From Ptychomitrium polyphyllum (Eukaryota), in the NCBI GenBank assembly GCA_973851085.1, contig OZ316775.1:2790001-2854000 (forward strand): a stretch of DNA of 64,000 bases. Direction: 5' to 3'. Both the position numbers and the translations under genes were made by a program. Positions 53,502 to 64,000 of the stretch are shown in pieces. Position 1 is the stretch's first letter, and each line of letters opens with the position of its first letter. The notes beneath the pieces were generated by a model. The model made no database searches, was not told where the DNA came from, and was given only the letters and a program-made list of their open reading frames with translations.

Positions 53502-53556
53502 TCACACGCACACTCGCAAACTCACACACTCACACTCTCTCTCACACGCACGCACT
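53455..53556. repeat. (CA)n / CACT microsatellite near the presumed TSS of the DUF1639-like gene
   Basis: CACTCACTCACATACACATACACACACA... followed by CT-rich tract 53618-53647. Confidence 0.9.
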
Positions 53557-53868
53557 CAGTCGGTGTGGGTTAACACTGAGCTATACAGTTCCCTCTTTGA
53601 CTTACATGTTCGTTAGTTACTCTCTCTCCCCTCTCTCCCTCTCTCTCGTTCATTCCGTGTGTTCTTTTCTTTCGTCTTCCTCTGGTTTTTTTTTAATACC
53701 AGTTCCCTTTCTTGCGTTGCTGTGGTGCGGGAGAGCGTAGGCGAGAGGGAGTGATCAATAGCAGTGGTTCTGTGTGTGGTAGTGTTGCTTGTGTTTGGTC
53801 AAAGGGATGCTCTCATGCCCCGGCTTTCAGGGTAGGCCGGGGTGGGGGGACGGCAAGGTTCTTGAAGA

Positions 53869-54010
53869 GTCGTCGTCGTCGTCGTCGTCGTTGTCGTCGG
53901 CGTCGTCGTCGTTGTCGTCGGCGTCGTCGTCGTCGGGAGCATCATCATCATCATCATCATCATCTTCACCATCTTCGTCTTCAACATCTTCAACATCGAC
54001 ATCGACATCG
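53869..54010. repeat. Compound trinucleotide microsatellite (GTC)n/(ATC)n/ACATCG in a 5' leader
   Basis: Directly visible; explains the poly-Ser, poly-Arg/His, poly-Asp and poly-Thr ORFs in the track. Confidence 0.9.
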
Positions 54011-54027
54011 GTGCGGGGGATTGGGCT

Positions 54028-55327
54028 ATGGCTGCTGCTGCCGCCACAGCTGTTGATGCGGTATGTATGTGGTTTTCCTTCATTAAGACTTGTAGGAGGC
54101 AATCTGGGTGTGGCAACGGTAAGGCTGAATTAGGACTTATGGTAGATTTTCTTCCATGTGGTTGTTGTGGTGTTTTTTATTTATTTATTTTTTAGTTTTT
54201 TGGATTTTTTGGTTTTCTGTCGGTTTTAGGGAGTTTGGGATTGGTGGAGGGAGCTGCGAGTGAGGTGGGTGGGTTTGGGTGGAATTGACGGGAGGGAAGC
54301 AGGGAAAGAATTCCATCAAGAGTGGGAATGCGAATGAATGCCGGGTGGAGTTGGGTGGTGTTGGTTGGTAGAGCGTTTGGGAGAAACAGTGGTGTGGGAG
54401 TTATCTTTTTGGGTCTAAGCAAGCTTGGTGTGATGTGATAAGGGCTCCAGTGGCGGAGGATTGCCACTTGGAGGTGTTGGCGTAACTGTTGGTGTTTGCT
54501 TGGAGCTCGGTGATGGAATTTTTTTATTATTAGGGTAGAGAGGTGTTGGCGGAGGAGGACGGAGGGCAACAGAGATGGTTGTGAATGTGAGAGGATGTGT
54601 GTTGATGGGGGTTGGGAAATGCAGCCAACGGGAACAGGGACTCGGAGGGCTGTACAGAGAAGCGAACGATTTATGGAGTGGCAACGAGAACTAAGCAGGT
54701 CCGTGTCTGCAGTTCGTAAGCTTGGACATACAAGTGCATTGCTTACAACTGAAAGGTAGAGGTTTTTTTTCTTCATCATCTAATAACGACCTGGGTAATG
54801 CTTCTTGGTGTTACATAGAGTGGAGGGTGGTGCGATGAGAGTAAGTACGATCGAGAGAGAATATAAGCATTTGCTTCTGCATGTGTGTCTGGGTTGTGTG
54901 TGTGAAATTAGAGTCCGGGGTTTTATATACCCGTGCGTCTAGCTCGCGTGCGCAAGCACGCCGATGACATCCAAGGGTACTATACCACGTCTTTGACGCG
55001 CAGAGGTTTTCTTGTTGCGTATAGAGAATGCCCGTCATGTTGATGGTGTTTTTGTTAACTATGAATGCTTTGAGCAGGTTAGGACCGCCTTCAACCGGGT
55101 CTACCAAACCTTAGTCTTAAACTAAGGCTAAGGTTGTTTTTGAACACGAACTGTTGTGGAGTCCTTTTTAGCACAGTGGGGTTCCAGGTCTAGAGCTAGG
55201 GGTTGTTGTCGTGTCGTACATCAGGTATTTTTTGTACAACGCCTTAAAGTCCCTTCTCTGGAGGTTCATTGCGCTCACCACAGTTCATGAAATACTTGAA
55301 GGCATTCCAGCGACGAAGACAATGTAA
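54028..55327 (+). CDS. Candidate spliced upstream ORF, 39 aa MAAAAATAVDAFVSLDIQVHCLQLKVHEILEGIPATKTM; exons 54028-54060, 54713-54755, 55284-55327
   Basis: GCTATGGC start context; donors GCG|GTATGT and AAG|GTAGAG; acceptors TGCAG| and CACAG|; reading frame stays open across both junctions; TAA ends 2 nt before the main ATG at 55330. Confidence 0.5.
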
Positions 55328-55329
55328 AG

Positions 55330-57105
55330 ATGCATAGACACGAGGGCTCGGAAGAGAGGGAGGGAGAGGGAGAGGAAGTGGGAGCAGATTCTCAAGGAGG
55401 GGCTGACGCCGCCGCTGCGAGTCAACGACAGAGGGGGAAGAAAACTCAGCATCAGCGACAGCGGTCTGATGTCAAAAAGCCTCGGAAAGAGGAGGACGGA
55501 GACCAGAAGAAAAGCGTTCTACCTACTATGAAGGAATCAGCGGCGCCTGCAGAAAGCGAAGGAGGGAGGATGAGACGATGTAAGCAACAGGTGAACCAGC
55601 CAACCGCAGTTAGACGTCCGGCACCCCAGGTGCCCACGCAACAGCAGTCACCCCAGCCCCTGGCGCGAAGGAGACAACGACGCCAACCCAGGTCTTTCAC
55701 TCCTCCGAAAGATGATGGCGAGCGAGGTTTGCGGTCCTTGACGAGGTGCCTTTCTCCTTCTTTTTGTGATTGGTATAACTTCCTTTATTCTTCCCATGAC
55801 TGCTTAATTCCGCACAGTTCATGGGCTGAATGAGTATGTCTATGCCACACGAGAATACGTCTGGGCACTTGTGTATCCACCGTTAGCTTGGCACCATTCC
55901 CCATGAATGTTCGTATTAACGTGTTTTGCACGGTTCTGACGTCCTGGCGTGTTGTACACGGGCTTTAGATGGGGAACTCTCTTCGTTATGCTGTCGCAGC
56001 ATCTTTATTGGTATTTTTGTTAGGTCTTAGAACTTGTCATTGAGATGCATATTTTGAAGGTTTTCACATGTTTCGCATGGTCGATGCTTGCCCTGCAGAG
56101 AACATCCATAAATGTTGAGGACCATGTGGCTAAATTTGTCTCTGTCTAATGTTTAAGATCGCATAAATCCCTAATGTAGAGTCGTTTGTCTCATGACAGT
56201 CAGTGCAAGTACAAGGGGCATTTTCTATAGGGACTTGCAATAGACTTTTTTCAGTTTGACTAAGGTGCAAAAAGCAAAGCTCGTCTCTCTATTCTGTTCC
56301 GTACATATTACGTCTGGGCTTATATACCACTTAGGCTCCTTTCGTCCATATGGTCAGTGGTAAGAACTGTAATATAAGAATCTTCAGCAGTCCTTACATT
56401 CGTTGTATTAATTAGGAGCTGGAATGATGGCAGGAATCGTGGTAGTGAGGCTGTGCCTACGTCAACTACAGCAGTTCCCACTAACAGCACCAAGGGAGCA
56501 ACAAAGCGCTCAAAACGAGTGGCTCAACGTTTAGCCAATGAGGAACCTGCTCCACCACCACTGAAGCTGCCAAAACTACACTTAGTTCTTACACGGAAAG
56601 AAATTCAGGAGGACTGGTTGAAAATTACTGGTCACAAATATACTGGCAAACCCAGAAAGTCAACACTTATCCAACGGGTATGCCTTTGGGCTTTTTGCTG
56701 ATAACCTGTTAATTCATTATCATTTCCTAATCTTGTTTTATAGTACTAGCCTAATGCGAGCTTAACACAACCGTGGATTGGGGAAAACGTACCGCCCGAT
56801 ACCTTGTCTTCACATTTCTGTGCATAGCTTGGATTTTCTGGACGTACTAGAAATTGAACGCCCCTTGTTTATTTCATGTGACGTGCAGGGTCTGGGTTTA
56901 TGTACGGCTTTGACTTGCCCGTCCTCCATTCGATACCTTAATGAACCCCAATGTAAGTATCCTTCTCCTCAACTGCTCAGCGTGTTCTCTTGCATCAGGT
57001 GCTGTATTCTCAAGGTCACTTTTTAAGTGGCTACCATCTGCACATATCTTAGCATATTCTTGAAGTGCTATTTCTTGTGAAATTGACAACAATTTGTGTT
57101 TAGAG
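55330..57105 (+). CDS. DUF1639-like plant protein; exons 55330-55745, 56416(or 56434)-56677, 56889-56952, 57104-57105
   Basis: Charged, disordered N-terminus; C-terminal PKLHLVLTRKEIQEDWLKITGHKYTGKPRK matches the DUF1639 pattern L(S/T)RKEIEEDF...G.KP as recalled; phases consistent; stop codon T|AG split by the last intron. Confidence 0.78.
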
Positions 57106-60100
57106 TGATCCAGCAGTGCAGGTCCCCTGAAAGCAGTTAAGGGCAGTGGTGGCAGGCTTCAATCGGCTTGATAGTTCCAACAACGAGCTGGTAGTTTAGC
57201 AGATTCGTCATGGCTTCATTCTTTTGGCTACCACATCAAATCATTGTTTGAGCCTCCAGTATTCAAAGAGGAAGCATTTTGTACCATAGTATTGAATAAT
57301 AGCGAATTCATAGTATAGAAGGTTAGACACTTGCTCCTATGAAGTAGGCCTTTTACCATGTTGATAGTGTCGATCGGCTTGTGTCCCTCTGGTAGTTCAT
57401 GTCTGACGAAAGGACGTCAAATTTCACGATAAGACTTGTTTTATCACCCACCTTCTGCAGCTTACATGCGAGAAGAATTAATAGTCCTGGTAGAGTTAAC
57501 AATGCGGAGTTAACAATGTGGTGACTACCTGACTCTGTCTATATTGTAGTTCAGCTTAGTCTCGGCTTTGATCGTCTGAGTCTCAGCTACTGACATTGAC
57601 AGCGTGTCTTAGCTGTTGAGCAATGTCAACGGGTTCCTGGTCATCAAACTTCTCTATTCAATCAGTGAACTCCGACATCTGACATTGATAATGGATATTT
57701 TCAATCTTGTTATGTAGTAATGACTGCCTTTTCGCTAGCCACTGGAAATACGAACGAGACATTGTGTTGCACACATCACCTTGTTCCTTTCACGCTACTA
57801 TTTACTATGTTGTGGATCTGGTTGTGCGCCATCTTGACTTCTGCCTCATAGCCACAGTAATCTGTAGGGTGCATGCATAATTACGGTGGTGCCTACTGTA
57901 TCGATGCTGCAGTCCGACGTTCTGCATGAAGTGTATGAGCCACGTGTATAATTTTGAGGAGCACTGTGGGTGACATTAATGCATGGAAGCTCCAGGTGCT
58001 CTACCTCCTGTTATAGATTTTCCAGCTTCTCCTGCAAACTGATTTTAAAGTTATACATCACTATTGTAGACATTAATCTGGTGTGCATGAACCTACACGT
58101 GAACATATTACTAAGATGGTACGTTAATATGTACAGCTAGGGGTGTCTCCCATTACAAGTGAAGTGAAGGTCGTTCTTTGGATTATAACCTCAGAAATCA
58201 GTTGTTGTGATCGTACTTTGGGGGTGCTCTGAGGCGTCACCTGCAGATGTGCCTTACTGTAGAAGTTATGCACCCAAGTGCCGTACCAAGGTACCAAAAG
58301 TATGAGTCACAGATAAGTAAAGTATTGTCATTCACTACAGCAGAGAATTTCATTTGAGTTTGAAGAACAAATACATGTAAAATATGAGATACAATCAAAG
58401 CCTCGACGATGAAACCAGAACCTTCCATGCTTTACAGGATATCAGTAGGAAATGTACGGGTGTCATCAAAGGTGCATTCTTAATCAATCAGAAGTCATCA
58501 TGGTTACAATTTTCAAACTTTCAAGAGGAAGTTCTGAAAATTTTAAGGTATATAGTAAACTTAGAGATTCATCTGATAATGAATCATGTAAAAGTGTGTT
58601 ATTTTTTATAAATGTCAAGGTAACATTTTTGAGATTCGAAATTTAAATTTTCACTAATTTGAATTAGGTTTGTATGTTTCAAAGTTAAATGTATTTTTCG
58701 CATGAATATCTGTAGTAAAACCTTGTGATGCATAATTTGTTTAAAAAGAATTTTCATTTAGGAAGCATTTACGAAATGTACAACACTATATTAATGTTAT
58801 TTTTAGTAAGTGTTTTGCTTTGTTCATTTTGTTTTCAAAGTCTTCATTTACAATTTTATTAATAAAAATATATGCTTTTGCAAATATTTTAGGTTTTTAT
58901 TGTAATTGATTAATGGATCATTGGGAATTTTTTGAAGTTCTACATGAATTTTCAAGTTTTGCTTTTAATTCATGTAGTGTGTCATGGTGAAAATTTTGTT
59001 TTTAATTTATGTAGTTATGAATGGAACATTGAATGGGAAAAGATAAAATAAATAACAAATAATAAAAAGAAAAAAAAGATATAAATATATGTATAAATAA
59101 GTAAATAAAATAAAATTCTGCTTCATTAATGATTACCACAGCTATATAAGGAATATTTTGATTGTTTTGGTAAAATTGGTAGAATTTTCAATTAGAACTT
59201 CCAATTGAATTGATATTCTCTTTTAATGTAAGTTTGTCTTTATTTCATATTAAATTGCATCTAATGATAACTTTATAGGTTTTTTTACTTAATATTAATA
59301 AATATATATATCCAATTTCAAGTCCAAAGCTTTCTACCTATCTAAGCATCCACAAAGATAGAATTAAAGAATTCTCTTCATTTAATGATGAATACATTTA
59401 ATTCTTGCATTGTACTTATGCCACTAAAAGGTAATTTCTTCTATTTGCATGGTTTATAATACACTCCATCTACTTAAGAATATAAGTGGATAATAAAAAG
59501 AATTCTACAAAGTTCCAAAAGTTCTTAGAAAACAACTAATGAATACAAAAATGATTGATATACAATTGAAATGGATGATAACTTATATGATGGATATCAA
59601 GTATTGTATAACATTTCACTTCACTTATTTATTAATCCCTCAAGACTCGATAGTAACTCACCAACATCACAATTTTAGCTAAAATCTCATTCATAAGTTA
59701 AAAACAATGATGTCAAAAAGTGAAGTTACAAATTACATCTTAATCAAAACATTGTCAATTCAAAAGAATGGAAAAAAAATACTCAAAAAACCAAGAAGAT
59801 ACACAAATAAAAGGCCAAAATCCTGCAAAAGAGTACATGTTGAAATTTTTGGAACTAAAGCACAAGGGAAAGAAATCTAAGTTCACAACTTCAATTCTTA
59901 GCTTCTAGCTCATTCTACCACTGCTCGTCTTTCCATAGAAGGAGCCACTAAAGTCTAAAAAGAAACCAAAAATACCAAACTTCAAAGCTTTCCCCTCATG
60001 GACAAAACCTAACCTCAAAATTAGAATTGTCCGACCATTCAATGCATGAGCCTACAGTTCCCCTAAACCATCGCATCTAGAGAAGAGTCACGACGCAGAA

Positions 60101-60545
60101 GATACCCGGCGACTCACAGGGTATAAAGCAACGATGTATTCCTAAAATCGTCGCTGTTCTCCAGCAATCATGCAATATTCACCGCGTCTCGCCTTTCAGT
60201 CCCTGAAATGTCTTCGGGGCATAGAAACTATCAGTTCGACATACATAGATAAAATTGTCACTACTAGTGGATTGTAAGTCATGTAGGGAAATCGAAGATT
60301 TTATGAACTAAAATATGCTGTATTTTTGTAGATGTCGTCGGTTTTAGGTGCAGTGACGGGTGTGGGTGCTGGCTCCGTTGATGGACACCAGCCGGGCGCT
60401 CGCATGAAGGAGCAGCCGGATACTGAAAGACGCAAACGCAGACATGATAGAAGCTGCAGAAAACTTGCGGTTTCAGCTTCGAAGGTTGTGACTTTTGTCT
60501 ACGAAGGTGTCGTCTTCATGATCTTCAATAATCGCTTTAGCAGCC

Positions 60546-63500
60546 ATGGCGATGGTGGTGCAGCAGCAGCAGCGTCCGCTTTCGTCCTCGTCGTCCACAT
60601 CTGGAGCTCCCGCTGTGCCATCGTGGCTCGAAGCGCAGCTCCACTACCTGCACACGCACTCGCCCATCCCTCTCAAGGTACGCGTTCTATCAGCTCTTGG
60701 TTGCTCTTTTGAGATGAAGGAGCAGGTGTTGCAAGAGGTTTCATTGATAATATGAAAGAAACTGTGTAAGAGAAGACAAGTTGCACCTTAGTCACTCGTG
60801 TCTAGACATGTCATCTGCTTCCCTTACTGTGGACGCCCAACTCGCTGACATCTTCTTCGTTACTGCTAGTGTTCAAGGTTGTGCTTTTTGTAGCAGCAAT
60901 ATACACGTTTACTTGTTCCGGTGCTTCCTGTGTTGGACGGGATACTGAGGTGTGAGAAAGCTGGTGAATTGTGCATGTGAAGGGGTTTTTCTAGTTTTGG
61001 TTTTGGTTTTGGTTTTGGTTTTCTTTCCCCTCCCCCCTCCAAATCTGGTGCCTTTGTGTGTGTTTTGTTGGTGTCGTTGGTGATTTATGTGATGGACGTT
61101 GCTGGAAAGGTCGATCGGGAGGTAAGATAAGTGTTGTGTATGTTATAGGATTGATTGCTGTTTCATTGTGATTTTTAAAATTTTTGGGTCAAGGCTGCTT
61201 TGGTTTGCTAGTGGTCTAGGGTATTGAATTTGGGATTAAGCATCGGCGGGGCAATATTCGCTTCTGGAGCTTTGTGACGAACCGTGGATTTTGTGTCATT
61301 CTAGAAATTTTGACAACTGTCGAAGGAAATGATGGGTTGATAGTTGCACTCTGTTGTTCTGTTTCTATTAACGAGCTTAGCTCTTATCGCCAAATTGGCG
61401 TGGTTTTTTGTTTCTGTTTAATTCTTAAGAATCTTTGGAATGTGTGCAGGTAGAAAATTTGCGGTCTGGCGCTCGTAATAGTTGCATATTGGATCGCTTT
61501 ACTGTGATCATACCCTATTGTCTTTCGTACATAAAATGTACGTCTTTTTCATCCTTAAATCTGAACATCTGTATCCTTTAACATAAGACAAATCCCTGTA
61601 TCCTTTAATATAGGACAAACAACTTTCACACTGAAGCACCCGATTTCTCTTCCATTCTTTGAGTCTCTGGGAATTCTTGAGGATCGCAACTAAGTGTTTC
61701 TCGGTTTCTTGATTAGCTGATTTCATTCCAAAGGAGCTATCCAACCAATATGTGAGGATGTTCAAGGGGTTAGCGAAGGAATACCTTCGGCTTTGAGAGA
61801 AAGTCTACATACTTAGTCCCTTATAATCGCATTTCTCCTTGAAATTTGACGTGGATTGAAAAATGTTTTATGCCAGGGGAGGTCGTTTACAATGGGAATG
61901 ACGCACGGGTGGCACCGGATATTATATTCGGGGTTGGGGACGATACCTTCCAACCGCTTATGGATAGCTCAGATCTTTCACCATGCCATTTCTTGCGAGA
62001 CTGGACAGCTGCTGATCCTACCAGACTCTTGAAACTTATTCTTGTTATAAGGTTGTTGGCTTTCTTTTGGAAAGTGTTGAGTCCTTTATATGTTCTTTAA
62101 TGTTTTCTGTGACTTTGGATTTTGCTTTTGAAAAACATGGACAATTTAAGTGTGTAATCTTGTTATGAAAAATTGAGTTGCTGACAAAATTTCAAGGTGT
62201 GACGACAGTGAATCTGCTTTTCTGCCAGTAGCGTCTAATAGCAAGCCATCGCGTTGGCTGTTATCCTTGTCGGCACATAACCATGTTTTGCTGTTCACCT
62301 AGCTGTTGGACATTCTCACTGACGATTGTGTGCGTGAATTCCCTGCAGGGTGTTGTATTTGCAATACCAGCGAAAGAAAGTGGAAGATGTGAGTGATGAG
62401 CGTGTCCGCTTTGAGATGAGCACAATGGGTGCTATACAGGTGTGAAAGTTATTGGCTAGGTTGATAAAGTTTTCCCACTGTATTACAAGGCTTTAGAACC
62501 ATACTCTATTTCAGGTCCATCTGTGTCTCTTTCTGGGGCTCTTATCCCATCAGAGTTCAGGGTATGCCCGTGTGTGCATAGCTGTGGGAACTAACGGGTT
62601 TTGATGGATGTGTGGGTGGCGACTTTGCAGGGTCTGGAGATGTGTGTAATGGTTACATCTGATGGAGTGAGCCATTCATTTTTTATATCTATAACGTTCC
62701 TCTGTTACTGGCACTAGATAGATTGAGTCTTATCCGTCTTTTCAGATTGCATTCATTATAAGCTGATAATCTTCAAGATTTACTGTGTCCATCGTCGGAA
62801 CTAGTTTTGTTTGAATTTGAGATTTTCTTCTGTTCTGTAGATTACAAATTTTTTAGTTTGAAATTGCTTTTTGAATTTGAGTTACTATGTGAAGGTTTTT
62901 TTAAATTTTATTACCTCCATGTCTAACTCACAGAATGGCATCACTTGTACAGAAATGCTCAGTCCAAGAAGGACAACTGATTCCTGGGATCATGGTTGAA
63001 CAGACGGAGGAAGTTAACTTTGCTGTTCCACTGGTGCTGGAGGTGGATAGTCCCCACTCTGCTACGACTGCTCAGGCCTCATCCACTTTTATGAACGATA
63101 TCTCCCTGCAAGTATGGTTTAAATTCAATGTATATAGAAAAGTCTTAAACTGTCACGCTGTAGTTGTCTGCGGCTGTTTGGATGAGGTGATAAGACAAGT
63201 CTTGCTGATTTGTCTGGGAGGAACTGTAATCTCAAGCTGTCTATTGCATTTTGAAACCGGGAATTGATCAAAACGTTTTATCATTGTCAAGATTCACATT
63301 CTCTTAAATACCTAGAGCTTATTCGGTTGACAGGAAGGGACGTAAAATCTCAGCTGGCTGTTCTTATGGTGTCATCTCATAGTCCTTGACAATTACTCTC
63401 CATTTTGGACTGCAGGTAAAGTTTCCAGTTCAGAGAGGTAAATCAGTGGGAAGCGCCCCTCGATTGAAGTTGGTGGCACCTGAATCTATGAGAGATGTAT

Positions 63501-63962
63501 TTGATGTTGATGAGGTTAAGCTCCCTGAGTGGCCCGAGCATATGTGAGTAATTGAACCACTCTTCATATTGTTAGATAAATTCCATTGATCAATCAACCT
63601 TGAGTGCATAATTAGTTGCTATTAGCATTCGTCTAGTAGAAAGTGCTCATCATAATTTTGCACGACCTGATTGAATTGGGAACTCACCATCTAACAGGTG
63701 CCTTGTGGAGTACATACCTACACTGCAATTTACCATACAACAACAGGTCTGTGTTTGTATTTTAGATGTGTTCTGTTTTGTGTAATATTCTCAGTTTATG
63801 AGAAGAGAGCTTTTATAGCAAGAAAATGGAGTATCAATTACGCGGGTCTATAATGGTGTTTGTTTTTGTTAGGCGCGAGAAGCACGTGCGTCCGTTGGGT
63901 TGCGGATGAATTTCATGGAGGCTTTGTTCCCATTTTTTGGTCGCCCTCTTGAAGCCGACACG
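60546..63962 (+). CDS. BRE: BRE/BRCC45 (BABAM2; BRCA1-A/BRISC subunit) homolog, 3'-truncated by the window; exons 60546-60677, 61450-61537, 61877-62051, 62349-62439, 62631-62666, 63004-63111, 63416-63543, 63698-63746, 63873-63962
   Basis: AQLHYLHTHSPIPLKVE, DRFTVIIPYCLSYIKWEVVYN, PDIIFG, RVRFEMST, LPEWPEHMCLVEYIP, FMEALFPFFGRPLEAD match plant BRE as recalled; GT-AG junctions in frame. Confidence 0.9.
60995..61022. repeat. (GTTTTG)n hexanucleotide repeat in BRE intron 1
   Basis: TTTTGGTTTTGGTTTTGGTTTTGGTTTT. Confidence 0.85.
61569..61619 (+). repeat. Two-copy repeat, period 27 bp, in BRE intron 2; each copy contains GTATCCTTTAA
   Basis: CTGTATCCTTTAACATAAGACAAA at 61569 and CTGTATCCTTTAATATAGGACAAA at 61596. 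Confidence 0.85.
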
Positions 63963-64000
63963 GTAAGTTACCACTCAATACCTAAGAGTATCTTGCTTTC

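Noticed and set aside
53712..54133. Poly-Ser, poly-Arg/His, poly-Asp and poly-Thr ORFs
   Set aside because: Explained by the trinucleotide microsatellite. The poly-Ser frame could join the main ORF via the acceptor at 55310, but this is a 1-in-3 chance and skips the nearer acceptor at 55283.
60332..60712. 126-aa ORF overlapping the BRE start in another frame
   Set aside because: Probably begins upstream of the TSS and has no recognisable motif; transcript support cannot be assessed.

Overview
Gene-dense eukaryotic nuclear DNA, most consistent with a moss. The evidence is GT-AG introns, land-plant gene families, and very AT-rich intergenic tracts with transposon relics; the species cannot be fixed from sequence alone. 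In order, the window holds: a probable 5' UTR of a minus-strand gene leaving the left edge; a RabA/Rab11 GTPase (-); a 360-bp solo LTR; an intronless Lys-rich protein (+); a ~23-exon SABRE/KIP (BLTP2/Hobbit/FMP27-type) gene (-); a PWI-domain SRm160/SRRM1-like splicing factor (+); a 10-exon CYCJ18-like cyclin (-) that the ORF track only shows as fragments; a plastid SET-domain Rubisco-LSMT-family (SAFE1-like) gene (+); a DUF1639-like gene (+); and the 5' part of BRE/BRCC45 (+). Best leads: (1) a 39-codon uORF spliced from three leader exons that stops 2 nt before the DUF1639-like ATG; (2) the hidden cyclin with an 18-nt microexon; (3) the Lys-rich protein as a possible plant counterpart of RNA Pol I subunit A14/Ker1; (4) a duplicated U12-type 5' splice-site motif in a BRE intron. 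Family assignments come from recalled motifs, not database searches, and all splice models are inferred by hand.
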